A stretch of DNA of 63,981 nt, counting the filler, from Conidiobolus incongruus B7586 (Eukaryota): assembly GCA_000697335.1 (NCBI GenBank). It is 13 parts of 13 records of this genome, joined end to end, with 100 filler letters (N's around TTAATTAATTAA, not from the genome) between each part and the next. Parts side by side here need not be neighbours in the genome. Positions count along the whole stretch, not along the records: positions 3,126 to 20,501 come from JNEM01006256.1; positions 20,602 to 26,992 come from JNEM01006257.1; 11 more parts are not named here. One strand, given 5' to 3'. The position numbers were made by a program, and so were the translations under genes. Under the pieces are notes generated by a model. That model was not told the origin of the DNA and did no database searches. It was given only the letters and a program-made list of their open reading frames with translations. Of the stretch, positions 12,182 to 24,419 are shown piece by piece (positions within the stretch are counted from its first letter, which is position 1; each line of letters begins with the position of its first letter).

Positions 12182-13670
12182 TTAACCTTGTTTGCGTAAT
12201 TTAAATAAATTTGCCAAGTCATTGAGAATAGACGCTACTTCCTCATCCTCTTCTCCTATTGTAATATTATAGTACAAAGGCAGGTAACCACCATCTTGAG
12301 AATGGATAGCTTGAACCGCAAGGGGATATCCTTGTTTACAATCTGGAGTGAGTCCCATATTCATATTGTATACCCTACCTTTGTATTGGTTCAAGTACCA
12401 TTCGTTATAGCCAATAAATATGTGAAGCTTGGTTCTTTCAAGATCTTGCTTTAAATTGAAATTTGAATCTAGTTGAATAAATTGATTAACATGCTTTCAT
12501 CCAAGCTTTTCACTCTAATCATCTTGTAATAAATTTTGCTGATCTTCCAGATTTATTTGATAAAGTAGCTTGTTTTTAACCGCGCTTTTAATCATTCCCA
12601 TCACTAACCAAATATTCCATTCACAGCTTAAAACCATTCTGACATAAGAGTGGATTGGATATGGGAAAGTATACTATTCCCCAATATAAATCACGAACCA
12701 CATTATTTTCGCAATTGAAAAGGTGATTTTGCCTATGAATCCTAAGTTTTTCATTGATGCTTCCTGTGTTGAACATAGTATGAAGCGGTAACCAGACACA
12801 CCACAAATAATTATGATATTAATGGAAAAATCCACCTTCTTCTGAAGAAGCATTGGGAGTGGTTGACCAAACAGATTCAAAAAGTGGTTGGATCATTGAT
12901 CGACACAAGAAATCATGCCCAAGAGATATGGATTTTAGTAGCAAAGTGATCTGGTTGAAGAATAAGCGAAACAACCAAGTCAAAGTAATGATAAAATACT
13001 TCTTTGTCTGTATTGTTTGAGTTAGAGTTATTTGTCTGGATAGACTGATAAACTAGAATCCAGTCATCGCTGATATAAGATCTGGATGGGAACAGTACAA
13101 ACTTATATTGCTTCCACTTAAACGGGATTTCTGGAATGTTTTAAATTTCGGATAAAACTGTATAAATTCGGTAGTTGCTGTGATCATCTTTTGGTTGGGA
13201 GATATTGAAACCAGATTGATTGCATGAGGTAAATTATTAGATTTAACATTTTAAAATATGTAAGAGAGGTGTTTTGAGTTTTGTAAATTGAATCAGAAAT
13301 ATCTATAGTAGTGTTAATGGCTTTGATTAACCAAGTTAATTTATCAAGTTCCTGTGATTGAAAAGATGATATTTTGCTGAGTTTATTCCTTTACTTTAAT
13401 TGATCAAGTATATTTTTCCATTTTTTACAATTATGGCTAGAATTAGCTAAATATACACTATCAATCCGATTTTAAAAATATATCTTACATCATCTCATAT
13501 ACTTTCCACAAATGAAAAAATTTCGGGATAATCTTTTTGAAGCGCCAATGATATATCATGTGAATTATACAGTATATTATGAATTCTGTTATTCTTGGGT
13601 CAATAAAAATATAACAATTATTTTGAATAATGTTCAAATCAAACATTTTTAAATTATAATAAATTTTCAT
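12182..13670 (-). pseudogene. Degenerate coding-like region of unknown family
   Basis: Higher GC than the flanks; chain of short minus-strand ORF fragments broken by stops and frameshifts; intron-like GTAAG...CTAG near 13487-13437. No recognisable motif. Confidence 0.4.
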
Positions 13671-13827
13671 CTATCTTTGAAATAATATATCCCTGTATAA
13701 TTGTTCTCAATTGATTACTGAATGAATTGAATTATATTAATTTTGTGTTTAATCTTTAATTAGTATCTTTAACATGATAAAAATATATCATTACTTATAT
13801 TAAATTTAGTTTTAACAATGATAATCT

Positions 13828-13853
13828 ATATATATATATATATATATATATAT
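13828..13853. repeat. (TA)n microsatellite
   Basis: Direct reading. Confidence 0.9.
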
Positions 13854-15306
13854 TTAATATTACCCATTCTAACAAATGGTTAAAACATAAATCATCGCAA
13901 GCTATTGAGTTTTTATGAATTTAACAATGATCAATAATAAATTGTCAAAATATAAATTATATAATCAAATAATTCCATAAATTAATAATTTTTCAATTAA
14001 ATGTAAATTACCCAAACAAAATATAAATACTGAGAAATTTATATTCGACCCACTCAACATTGAAACAGAAAAGCTTCCGGAATCATCCGACTCTAAAAAC
14101 AGTCCTCAAAATCAAATAACATAATATTATTCAAACTAAAAAGAAAATTCTGTGGTATATAATTATAGATACTATTTAAATGAATATAACTAAATATTTT
14201 AATATACTTATATATTCCTTTTCTATACTAATAAATAATATCTATTAAATGATTTGTTTTTCAAAAAGGAGAAAGGATAAAGTTTGGAATATACAATATT
14301 TATAACTAAAATGTGGTTAAAATTTGCAAAATAAACAAAAATTTATATGAAATGAAAAATATTTCATATTTGATTTGAATTATTAACTGCTGAATGACCA
14401 GAATATATAGCTAATAAAATTTTATTAATAATAACTGAGAATTATAATTCATTTAATAACCTCAAATGATTTTCTAAGTAGTTGATATGATAATAATACC
14501 ATAATGTAAAATCTAAATAATAAAGGTAGCTTATTTCAAGATATCACAAGATGTTCATACAATAAGAACTTATCAATGATATCAAAATTATGATATACTA
14601 TTGATATTTATAAAAACCTTGTTAAATAGGAAGGTTAATAATAAGATATAATAAGATATGGCTAACTAAATAATTGGAGCATTTTTTATCTAACTGCATA
14701 TAACTGATTTAATTATAACCAATTTAATTTTTTAATGTATCCATTGGTTCATTAATATTTTATAAGTAAATATCAGATATATAATAGTATTATTGAAATT
14801 TTTTCAAATTATAAATATACATTTTACATAACAATAAATATTATAATCTTATAGTTAATGTTTTGAATTAATATAAATTAAATAGACTGAACTATCATCC
14901 CATAACGATTCTATCCCGATACTTCATGTTATCAATATCGGCTTTCATTCGGGCATCATAATTCAATTTCAAATATAATGAATCATTATCATTCAGAATT
15001 GTATCAAATCTAGATACTAATCCAAATCTCCCTAGACCAATTAATTATATTTACATCTCTAATGTCTCTTATTGGCTTGTTGGATGAGAATTTTTATTGA
15101 ACCGGAATAGGTTTGAGGAAAAATATGTAAATTTGACTGAAAAAGTGTAACAGAGTACAATCTTTGATTAAACTCCTTGTTATCTATCCCAACATTTATC
15201 ACCCAACTCAATTTTTGTTATGACCTTACGATTTTTCCCTTATATGTCACTATAAAAAACCTTGATTCCCCACATACACCATTGTTTTATTTAGTCAATT
15301 TGTAAC

Positions 15307-15549
15307 ATGTATACTCTTGAAGGTGCTGAACTCAGTCGCTCTAACAGCTTTATGAGATTGGACAATGCTATCGAATGGACCCATTCCTCAGAATCTTTAC
15401 TTTCTCTAGCCGAAGAAGCAGAGAACGATACCGAAGTCCTCCCTGTCCACCCTCTTGTTGAACAAGAAGAGGCTGAAGAAGAGTCTGCTATTTGGAATCC
15501 CACTACTGCATTAAGCATTCTTGTATTATTGTCTTCCTTTTTGCTCTAA
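15307..15549 (+). CDS. Small acidic protein (80 aa) with C-terminal hydrophobic tail, putatively tail-anchored
   Basis: GC-richer island with codons like the highly expressed genes (GCT, GAA, CTC). TATAAAA at 15251, AATAAA at 15619. C-terminus TALSILVLLSSFLL. Confidence 0.7.
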   Translation: MYTLEGAELSRSNSFMRLDNAIEWTHSSESLLSLAEEAENDTEVLPVHPLVEQEEAEEESAIWNPTTALSILVLLSSFLL

Positions 15550-16003
15550 CTCTGCTCCCGGTATTTTATTTTAACTCTTTTATTTAACTAATAACTTGAA
15601 ATCTTTGTACATTATTTTAATAAAATACATTCGAAATTAAAAGATTTGAAGATAGAGGTAATATATTAAGGCAGAAGGTTAAATTTACTCTATTTTATTT
15701 ATGTTGATATGATTTAGTCAAATCATTAATTATATCTATTAATTTTGAATATTTAGTGTCTTTGAAATATATTCCAATATATAAGATACTATTCAATATT
15801 TTAAATTTCTTTTCACTATTCTGTACTAGTAAATTTAAGCCACTCTACTTTCTACAAATCTCTCAGACGATCCCATAATTATTTATATGAATATATATAA
15901 CCATTAATTATGAGATGTGAGTTGAATAACAATAAGTCCATTTGATCAAAATAAATTATATATCTTAGCTCCTAATATTAATCATTTTCAATTATTATGA
16001 TAG

Positions 16004-17107
16004 ATACCAGAAAAGATAAAAGTATGTCATTTTATAATTTACTGTTAATATAAGCTCATTAATATATTAATCTGAGTTTATCAATTATAAATTTTGTTTA
16101 AACAGGATAACAATATCAATTTTTTTACAAATGTAGAAACCAAACAATTTGATACCTCTTTCAAAACCAAATTAAAGCAAATGGAAAAATGGAATTTCGA
16201 TTATTCTCGTAATACTCATACATTAGTTAAAAACGTTTTGTTTAATATACTGCGCTATAGGTCAAAATTCAGACGCTTTAAAAATTATAAAAGAATTCAT
16301 AGATAAGTATGATAGTGATAGCGAAAGTGAATCCTTAAATAGATTAAACAATATTGTTGAAACTTTACAATCCCTTAGCGGGTCCATTCATCACAAACTT
16401 AATTCTCACAGGAGAGCTTGGATTTAGTAAGTATTCTATTTTTTTAAAATATTTTTTAACCAAAATCAAATAGGTAAATGACCTTAATTTTGAACTCAAT
16501 CAAACAAAACTCGATTATCTATTACAAGACAATATATTAACTTCTGATTCATCCAGCTCTGATAATTCTGATACCACTTTGACAAGTAACCATTCTCTAC
16601 AAATGGAATTGTCTCATTTATCAAGTAAAGTTATTATCAGTTTTTGAAATTCCCTCTAATTTTTGAAATAGCATCCAATTCCCATAAGCAATCCAGAAAA
16701 ATTGTTAACCATGATTCGACTAGCTCTGATGACAATGATCTTGAAGGTGAGCAAATGAGCCCTGTCCATTCATTAACTAGTTTGAAGAGGACTAGGTACT
16801 TTCAAATTTTATCATTTATATTTCAAATCCGGTTATTAATTTTCAATTTAGAGAACAACGAGCAGATAGTGTCAACTCAGACGAAGTTACTTATTGCTAT
16901 TGTAAGCAAATATCATACGGTGAAATGGTTGCTTGTGATGGACCTGATGTAAATTTAAGCTATTTACCATTGATGATTTTATAACACTGATTTTTCTAGT
17001 GTGAGATTGAATGGTTCCACTATCCCTGTGTAGATCTTAGATCCCAACCCAAAGGCAAATGGTATTGCAGAGAATGCTCGGAACTACTACATAAGGATAA
17101 ACAATGA
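16004..17107 (+). CDS. ING-family PHD finger protein (Yng/Pho23-like); start exon uncertain, apparent 1-nt frameshift near 16403
   Basis: Spliced C-terminus [46 protein letters not shown] is a canonical ING PHD. Upstream exons are helical and Ser-rich. Confidence 0.85.
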
Positions 17108-17596
17108 ACCATACTTCACCTATTCATTATATGCTATCTCACTCAAATACCATTTGTATTGCTTTCCCTTCTTTGCAGATGACGCACTAATATAGGTTAA
17201 TTTCTACTATGGTTAATAATTTCTTGTTTTGATGATATTCTCTCCTCTCAGGGTTATGTATATTATATAAATATCTTATATTCTTTCAATTTATTGTCAT
17301 TATTACTCTATGGTTTAATTAGCAATAAATGTTAGAGGATCTTTTAATATTATCAAATCTAGACCAAGCATATCATATAGTAATTATATATTTTAATAAT
17401 AATTATACAATTAATTCTTAATTTAAATATTCTTCAAAATCTAATATGTATTAAACATGAACTAAAACTAATTATTTGATGTTAAGATAGGCTATTCATA
17501 CAATTTATAATTAAATAATAAAGTGTATTTAAGATCAATTCTCACTTAAAACATTTCCAAAGATAATGTAAACAATCATTCTATAATTCTACCGAT

Positions 17597-17914
17597 TGCT
17601 AGTACTAAGTAGATTATAGGAAAGGGAGCGGCTTTCTTGTGGTTTATTTGGTAATTTTGGTTAAGATATTTTATTAGAGTTTTCTAAGGATTTCATGGGC
17701 TTCACAGAAGACAGGAGGTGATGTTGGAAATGTGCCAGGAAGTTAGTTCTTTCATGGACCATTCGTCAGCCGTAGATGGTGTAAAGAAATATGTTTGGTC
17801 TTAAGAAAAGCGAAATCTTCAAGTGGTATGATAAGTATTCTGAGGCTATATCTCTATAAGATAACAGATTTCGAGGTGAAGTTGGTCGGGCGAATTACTT
17901 CCTAAGTAACCACA
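17597..17914 (-). repeat. Family A repeat copy 2 (probable solo LTR)
   Basis: Collinear with 461-762; TG...CA ends. Confidence 0.6.
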
Positions 17915-19256
17915 ATACATTCCGAATTTCGCAGATTTTCAATGCTCTACAACTCATAAGGCTATAATTTTTATTGAATTTCAAATGAGTATTTACATTA
18001 ATATTATTTGTACACTTTAGACAAAACAATACATTTTATTCCATATTGTAATCTTAAAATTTTATGTTGTAATGTAATCAAATTCTATATTTATTTAAAA
18101 AATAGATTGCTTTTTTATAATATTACAATCTAATATTCTTATATTTGAAATTGTTGTATTAAAAAACAATAAGTACAGAATATCAATAAATGGATTGAAA
18201 TTAAGTGTTATCTAAAATTTATAACATAATTCATATTTGATTGTCCTACAATGATATGAACTAAAGATATTCATTGATAGTAATATAGCATCAAAAATTA
18301 TGAATTATATTCTTAAAATCAACATACCATACATGCGATTACATATCATTATTTCTTTCTAACATAATGATGAATTGCTATCATTAAATCTAGATTTATG
18401 AATTGAAAGTTTATATATACTCAATATAATACACGCCAGTAAAGAAATAGCTTTTATAGTAATTAAACATTATCAATTATTGTAACAAGATATAAGAAAT
18501 TTATAACATTATCTTTAATATAATTGTGATTTTATATTTAATGCTAAAACATATTTGGTCAAAATAAAAAAAATCACTATATGTATGAATTTAAAAAATA
18601 TAAGGTTTCTATAAAAACAATTATACTCTAAATAGTCTTTATTATAGTTTATTTTTTTGATACGATATAGATACTTTAATGTGATAATTAATAAAGAATT
18701 CATAATCATATGTTTTCTGGATATAGATATATTATAATGGTTTTTTAGATTTATTATCATTGATATCAAATCAAAATATTTTATTGCTTAATATTATTGT
18801 TTATATATCACTAGTGCTCTGAAGGTTTGATTTATTTTAATATTTCATATTTTTATTCAACTATAATATTGGTTTAATCACAATCAATACTACACACTAA
18901 TAAGATTTATCAAGATTTTTCACTTTCCGAGTTTTTTAAATTATAACTAATAATATTATCAATTATATTATCAAGTATCATATAATAAATTTTAAAATGA
19001 TATTGTTAAGTATTATTAATTGGATGATATACAAGATTTCAAATTTCTTTATTTTTATCAATCTTAAAATCAGCTGGTTTAAAAACATTTTTAATTGAAT
19101 AATCTTTAAAGTCAAATCTATCAAACTATTATAATCTAATTAGAGAGGTTTGAAGTAAAATAATAAAATCCCATAATTTTATTTATGGCCATATTTTTAT
19201 ATATTTTGTTACAATTCGTGTTATAGTTAGCCACATTGAATGTAGTATTTAACTAA

Positions 19257-20340
19257 ATGAGTTCAAAATTACCTGTGTACACTGATATCAATCAAATTAC
19301 CCAAGGACCTTTTCATATTAATGATCAATATAATGCTTTTGATTCCCTGAAAGATACTTATTATCTTTCTACTGGTTTAGAACATCTGGATGATTTGCTC
19401 ACGGGAGGTATCCCTAATTATGGCTTAACTGAAATATTTGGCAAAAGGTTTATAATCTACATATCGTTATATTTCATTTAATTCATAAATGATATATTAT
19501 AGCTCATCAGGTAAAACACAATTTGCTCTTCAGCTATGTCTTCAATGCCAATTACCATTATCAATCGGTGGTTTTGGAAAAGGTAAAATTAAATTGAAAT
19601 TTTTTAAACAAAATTAACTTAAAATTTGCTTACTAGACTGTGTATATATCTCTACAGATCAGCCATTTCCATCTCAGAGATTATTTGAACTTGCTGATTA
19701 TTTTGTCCAAAGGTATAAGACAGTAATAGAAAATTGGGAAGGTGAATTTAATTCCCATGCACTCTGTTCGAGAGTTCACACAATCTATGCAAATTCAGTA
19801 GAAAAACAAGACCATGTCATAGACAACCTACTTCCTCAATTCTTGAATAGTCAGTCCATTGGCTTAGTGATCATAGATTCAGTTACATCCAATTTTAAAG
19901 ATATTAATGATCCTAATGAAAAGGTGCAACGAATCAATAGTCTGATTAAATCATTGAGAGAACTTGGAAAAGCCCATAAAATTGCTATTGTTTGCATCAA
20001 TCAAATTGTTGATGTAATTTCTGATGATGGCAATACTGATATTGAATGGGATGATCATTCTGATGATATAATAGAATTACCGAAAGAAAAGCACTTTGAG
20101 GTGTATAATGAATATAATCCACTTCGCACTAGTGTATTTGATCAATTGTATGCACCTTTGAAAGTCAATTTTACCCCTGCTTTAGGTCTTACTTGGTCTG
20201 CTCAAATCAACACTCGAATTTTAATATTACGAGATGCTCACCAAAACAAGCGTAAAGCAATTTTTATTAACAGCTCTGTTGAATATCCAAAAGGTGTAAG
20301 TTTTACTATTGAACCAGAAGGTTTAATTCAGATTGATTGA
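19257..20340 (+). CDS. XRCC3: Rad51 paralog XRCC3/Rad57; introns near 19449-19502 and 19583-19636
   Basis: STGLEHLDDLLTGGIP, spliced Walker A GKSSSGKTQ, Walker B GLVIIDS, C-terminal PALGLTWSAQINTRI. Confidence 0.9.
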
Positions 20341-20377
20341 TATTTTTAATCCTAATTTTAAATGCCAAATTTTTAAT

Positions 20378-20501
20378 ATTATCTTAAATTTGAAGAAATG
20401 GGAAATTTTTTAATTTCTTATTTTTCAAACATATTATTAGTTTTAAATAAATATATATATATAAAATAAATAAGAAATTATAAGTTTTTAAATTATATAT
20501 A
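20378..20501 (+). mobile_element. Mariner element terminal fragment
   Basis: Reverse complement matches the mariner end at 51300-51390 and 56740-56823 (GAAATGGGAAATTTTTTAATTTC...TTTTTCAAACATA). Confidence 0.7.
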
Positions 20502-20672
20502 NNNNNNNNNNNNNNNNNNNNNNNNNNNNNNNNNNNNNNNNNNNNTTAATTAATTAANNNNNNNNNNNNNNNNNNNNNNNNNNNNNNNNNNNNNNNNNNN
20601 NTAAATATATAATTTTTAATTAATTATTTTGGTAATATTTTAATTAAAATAGAAAATATTTTTAATATATTT

Positions 20673-21072
20673 TGTAAGTATAATGGTAAAATACCAATAT
20701 AATACAAAAGAAGACTTTAATATAAAAGAAATATAACATAGAATGTGGTATTATAATATGATTATAGTATACAAATATAAACAAAGTTTAATTAAACTTC
20801 AAACTGGGATGAGTCACTGATATATTAAGATTTATACTAGGTAGTGCCAATATACTATAATATTAACAAAATATAGTCTCAATCTTAAAAATAATGAAAA
20901 AGATAAGAAATAATAAAAATTAAATAGAAAAAGAGGAATATAGTTTATTAAATGATTTAATGCTATTTACACAATTAATTGAGTTATAAAAGTATAAATT
21001 AATCATATAATTTATAGTTAATTAGATTATATAGAAATATATATAAGAATTTAAAGAACTAGTCTCTTAACA
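20673..21072 (-). mobile_element. Complete 400-bp solo LTR of the Ty3/Gypsy family
   Basis: TG...CA termini, 5-bp TSD TATTT on both sides, reverse-complement match to 48591-48988. Confidence 0.9.
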
Positions 21073-22158
21073 TATTTTTTATCTTATTAATAATTATGAT
21101 AATAATAATCAAAATTAATATTTTTAGAATTTTGAAAATATTTTAATAATTTTTTATTAGTTTGAATAAATTTACTTAGTAATAAATAATGAATTAAAAT
21201 AAACCTTTTTTTATAATTTAATGTTAAATTTAAATAAATCTAAAAAAATATGGTTTAGTTTTATTAATATTAAAATTCAAAGTTTATGATAATTATTGTC
21301 CAATTTAAGTATAATTTAATTCAAAAAAAATATTTAATAATTAATATTTTTATAAATATTTTTTGAATTTAATATTATATTTCAAAAATTTAGAGTTAAA
21401 ATTTTTATTTTTTTTTGATTTTAAAGTAATAATTATTAAAGTTTAATATTAAAAAATATAATAACAGCATATTTGTTTATTAATTAGGTTTATATTTAAT
21501 ATAATCAGATATTTTAAATTAAAATAATATCTAATAGGTTTTGGATATTTTTTTTTTCATTATTAATTAATTATTAATTGGAGATATTAATATCTTAACA
21601 TATTTTCAAAGATATTAATAAGAAACAAGAAGCGAATAGTCAAAAAATGATAGATAAAAAGAATTATAAGAAAAAATGGCAAAAAATTCAAAATTAGAAA
21701 TTTTATAATATAATTATTGATGATAAAATTATTATTTAAGATAGGTTTTGTAATTATTGTTATTAGCAAAGTACTTGAAAAATGATTTACCAAATTATTT
21801 ACTAATCCTGCTCTTTAATGTATCGGGACTGTATGTCTTAAAACTTTCTGTTGAGACATTGTAGCAGAATATTCAGAAAAACTCTCCCTATCATTGTTAC
21901 TTCTGGGTTTAAGTAAGTCATTAATTGTGAGAGAGAATTTGGTTTAATTTTGATAAAAGGATCAACAGAGGATCATTTGAATATAGATTAACAAAAGTAC
22001 AAAATAAGAATTGTAATAAAAACATCATTATCAAATGGAGACGCACAACTATTTCTGAAATACGACAATATGTAAATGATGTATGAAAAGATATTTTGAA
22101 ATTAAGGATTTGGTGAAACAGTTTGATAGTTGTTCAAATAAGGGAACGTTACGAAACT

Positions 22159-22231
22159 GCCTTCTTGGCTCAGTTGGCAGAGCGTCCGCCTAGTAAGCGG
22201 AAGGTCACCAGCTCAATTCTGGTAGAAGGCA
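22159..22231 (+). tRNA. tRNA-Thr(AGT), with atypical C54
   Basis: Cloverleaf: acceptor GCCTTCT/AGAAGGC, D stem GCTC/GAGC, anticodon stem TCCGC/GCGGA with loop CT-AGT-AA, T stem ACCAG/CTGGT, T loop CTCAATT. Confidence 0.93.
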
Positions 22232-22550
22232 GTATCAGTTGAAGAATTGATGATTTTATTGTTTAATAATTATTTTCCTAATTTTATCTTGTAATTTAAT
22301 TTACTATTTTATATAGTTTTTTCATATATACCCAAAATTTTGACTTAATAATAATTTTTTTTGTAATTTATTTTATCTAAAATTAAAACAACATGTTTAA
22401 TTTATAAAAACCGATGGTTTAATATACAAATTAATTCTGTTACTTTTATCATCATGTATTATATATTAAAACACTCAAATTGAAAAATTAAAGAAATTAA
22501 TATAATAAATTGGTCAAAATCAATTAAGGTGTTACTTGGTAAAAATCACT

Positions 22551-22885
22551 AGTGATTACCTAAATAATAACTTGCTCAAGGATCCTTGCCTTGTCAATTA
22601 TTTTCTGACCGAGATGATACTTCAGAAAGCACTACACTTTTCCCTGAAGGTCTTATTCTCTAGAAAATATATCCCATCTCTAGAGATTATCTTTAGCTGA
22701 CTATAGAGCTATAAAAGAACCAGTATCATAATTCTAACCATGGGGGGTCAATGGACTTCACACAAGGTAATTATATCCATTTATCCTCTGAATAAAGTCT
22801 TCAATCTAGTACTATCATTTACCAGCAGTAACTTACCTGCCTCAGCTATTTATTTTATGCACTTCTAGCAACTGGCATTGCAACA
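22551..22885 (+). repeat. Divergent family A-related LTR-like remnant in opposite orientation
   Basis: GTGATTACC start, AAGGTCT, TATAAAA, AATAAAGT and CTAGCAA occur in the same order as in the reverse complement of 461-762. Confidence 0.4.
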
Positions 22886-22987
22886 CACTCATTATTATTA
22901 AATATATTTATTTTATTTTAAAATGCTAGTTATAAAAATAAATAATAAAGTTTTATTTTATTACTAATTATTTTATATTGATTACTG

Positions 22988-24085
22988 TCAAGTTCTGGAT
23001 ATCAGATTAAATATCGAAGTTGACAATGTTGAGTTATTCTCAATTTGTTTGAAGCTCTGGATGGGATCATATCTGCACATTTGTGGGAATTCACCAAATG
23101 CTTTTAAATGATCTGAAATCCGAATCTTGTTTGAGCCTTCCAAGATGCATTGGGGATCTTCGTCGTAGTTGAGATCACATATCACGTAAGAGGTGTGGTG
23201 GCCTGACGTCTGGGGAGGTGTATAGATCTCGCCGGGAATATGACGATATCCCAAATGTCGTGGTGGGAAGTGTGAGGCTGCGTCCCCCGAGTTAGTGTAC
23301 CGTACCATCGGGAATTTGAATTGAGTTAAATAGTCGACGAATTTGTCATTCCCCACGCGTAGAGAATTGTAGGAATATAGCTCCATTTTGATATTGTTGT
23401 CTTGGGCAGTTTTGGCAAGGTCCGCGGCGTGTAAAGTGGCGATTGAAGCACCTAGACTATAGCCCAATAGAATTACTTTATAGTCCTTATATTTTTCAGA
23501 TGTCAATTCTTTTATATATTCGTTCAAAGGCTCTGAATTAGCGCGATAAATATCATGTAACCCATTGTGAACTTTGACACCTTGTGGAGCATTTGGCATA
23601 TCAATAAGATCCCAAGTAAACATACTCTTTCGATTTATATACCCGTTACTCTCTCTGTGATTCACTATAATTTCCTTTCTATCCTCATCCAACCCCACAA
23701 GCGCATATGCATCAATCTCGGGATTGAAGAACCCCTTCATCAACTTGAAATATGTGCAGTTTGGCGTGCACGACCATTTGAACTGATGATGGAACGAACA
23801 TCTCGAAGCTGCTCCCACTCTTGCGTGGTAAAATACATCTTCCATGGATGGTATCCTCACATCCCAAGGTTTGTCCCTCAGAACCGAGGGCACCTTCTCT
23901 CTAGCGATCTTGTACAGTTTTGCCAAGTCGTCAAATCCAAGACTCGATTTTATCCAGCCCTCAGGTGTTGGTGAAATCACGGTCTCAACCTTATATGTAG
24001 GAGCTGCTAAACTTTGACCATTATATCCACTCATCCTTAGTAAATAATTTAAAATTGATGGATAAGCCCATACCTTTCCAACCAT
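22988..24085 (-). CDS. Class 3 (fungal triacylglycerol) lipase, intronless; possible signal peptide 24154-24086 broken by TGA
   Basis: GVKVHNG, nucleophile elbow GYSLG, RVGNDKF, GDAASHFPP, HIPGE, SDHL. Confidence 0.85.
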   Translation of the reverse strand: MVGKVWAYPSILNYLLRMSGYNGQSLAAPTYKVETVISPTPEGWIKSSLGFDDLAKLYKIAREKVPSVLRDKPWDVRIPSMEDVFYHARVGAASRCSFHHQFKWSCTPNCTYFKLMKGFFNPEIDAYALVGLDEDRKEIIVNHRESNGYINRKSMFTWDLIDMPNAPQGVKVHNGLHDIYRANSEPLNEYIKELTSEKYKDYKVILLGYSLGASIATLHAADLAKTAQDNNIKMELYSYNSLRVGNDKFVDYLTQFKFPMVRYTNSGDAASHFPPRHLGYRHIPGEIYTPPQTSGHHTSYVICDLNYDEDPQCILEGSNKIRISDHLKAFGEFPQMCRYDPIQSFKQIENNSTLSTSIFNLISRT

Positions 24086-24419
24086 ACTCCCAAATTTTAC
24101 TATTGAAACTAACGATCAAGATAAAAAATAAATAATTCGAAATAACTTAAACATTATGAAATACTGCAGTATTTAAATTAGAAACCTGAAAATTTAATGG
24201 TAATTGATGCATTTGATGATGAGTGCATGAAGTTGAGATTGAAACGATTTGGCAGAGATATTAAATAAATTTGTCAAGTTGATAATTGAACGAGGGAATT
24301 GATATTGTAAACCTAGTCGTATAAAAACATGAATATTACACCAAAAGGCTTACCAATTTTTATTACTTTGGAATTCCTATTATATTTTCAGAAATATATA
24401 TCATATTCCAGCATTATCA

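Noticed and set aside
7551..21793. AT-rich ORFs 7551-7751, 18515-18769 and 21587-21793
   Set aside because: Ile/Asn/Phe/Tyr-rich low-complexity translations, as expected by chance in very AT-rich DNA.
24116..24118. Selenocysteine TGA in the lipase leader
   Set aside because: It lies in a signal-peptide-like segment rather than a redox motif, and no SECIS was recognised.
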